From NCBI RefSeq assembly GCF_037042905.1, contig NC_087245.1, forward strand, positions 15,626,001-15,690,000: a stretch of DNA of 64,000 nucleotides, written 5' to 3'. The notes under the pieces are model-generated. The model worked only from the letters and a program-made list of their open reading frames with translations. It had not been told where the DNA came from and did not search any database. A program made the position numbers and the translations under genes. Below are positions 63,701 through 64,000 of this stretch, piece by piece (the stretch's first letter is position 1; every line of letters starts with the position of its first letter). This stretch comes from Lytechinus pictus (Eukaryota).

Positions 63701-64000
63701 ATGTGTTGATGAATGGGTATGTTCTGCCACAAAAGTGTTTTTAAAAAAGCAAACCATAATGGATAGGAATTCAATGTGACCATTTTCTGGTCAGCAAGAG
63801 GACAGACAAATTTACGTCCTATTATGAGGACTGGTACGCAAGTTCCCATTGCGCTTATCATTGCCGCAACGCAGGTCATGTGCAGTTCTACCAATGTTAA
63901 TTGGGTAGAGTTATACTGTACAATGTACATGATGTACGACCATTATTACCCATGATGATAATGATGATGATATCACATGCACGCTCTTCAACTCGAAACT

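Noticed and set aside
62570..63900. Possible further gene: strong donor GCT|GTAAGT at ~62780, candidate acceptor at ~63794, and a 93-aa minus-strand ORF at 63649-63930
   Set aside because: Frames upstream of the donor are short or stop-interrupted, and the best join gives only a ~47-aa unrecognisable peptide. It may be a UTR exon of a gene extending past the window, but I cannot support it.

Overview
AT-rich, intron-rich animal genomic DNA. The repeat types and gene structures suggest an invertebrate deuterostome such as a sea urchin (inference). Most ORF-track entries are noise, so I rebuilt spliced genes by hand from GT/AG sites and codon phase. (1) MPND (RAMA + JAMM/MPN), minus strand, 12 coding exons, 4726-16807, about 461 aa. 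(2) COPS8, plus strand, 7 exons, 24522-36175, 187 aa, divergent from MPND. (3) An unannotated-looking 4-exon gene, 40930-47120, encoding a ~215-aa probably secreted protein that by eye resembles one betaglycan/endoglin orphan-domain repeat. (4) A METTL27/WBSCR27-like class I SAM methyltransferase, 5 exons, 52395-56515, 238 aa. Introns and intergenic DNA are packed with non-autonomous transposons, several with readable target-site duplications (TSDs): a 3.2-kb IS3EU-type foldback, a 2.7-kb Academ-type foldback, Kolobok-type TTAA MITEs, hAT-type MITEs, Helentron/HINE-like elements, Crypton-like hairpins, tRNA-derived SINEs and a LINE 3' relic. Many are nested. There is also a hierarchical GGCGCC satellite. 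I found no transposase ORF, rRNA, true tRNA or CRISPR array. All family assignments come from my recall of consensus features, not from database searches.
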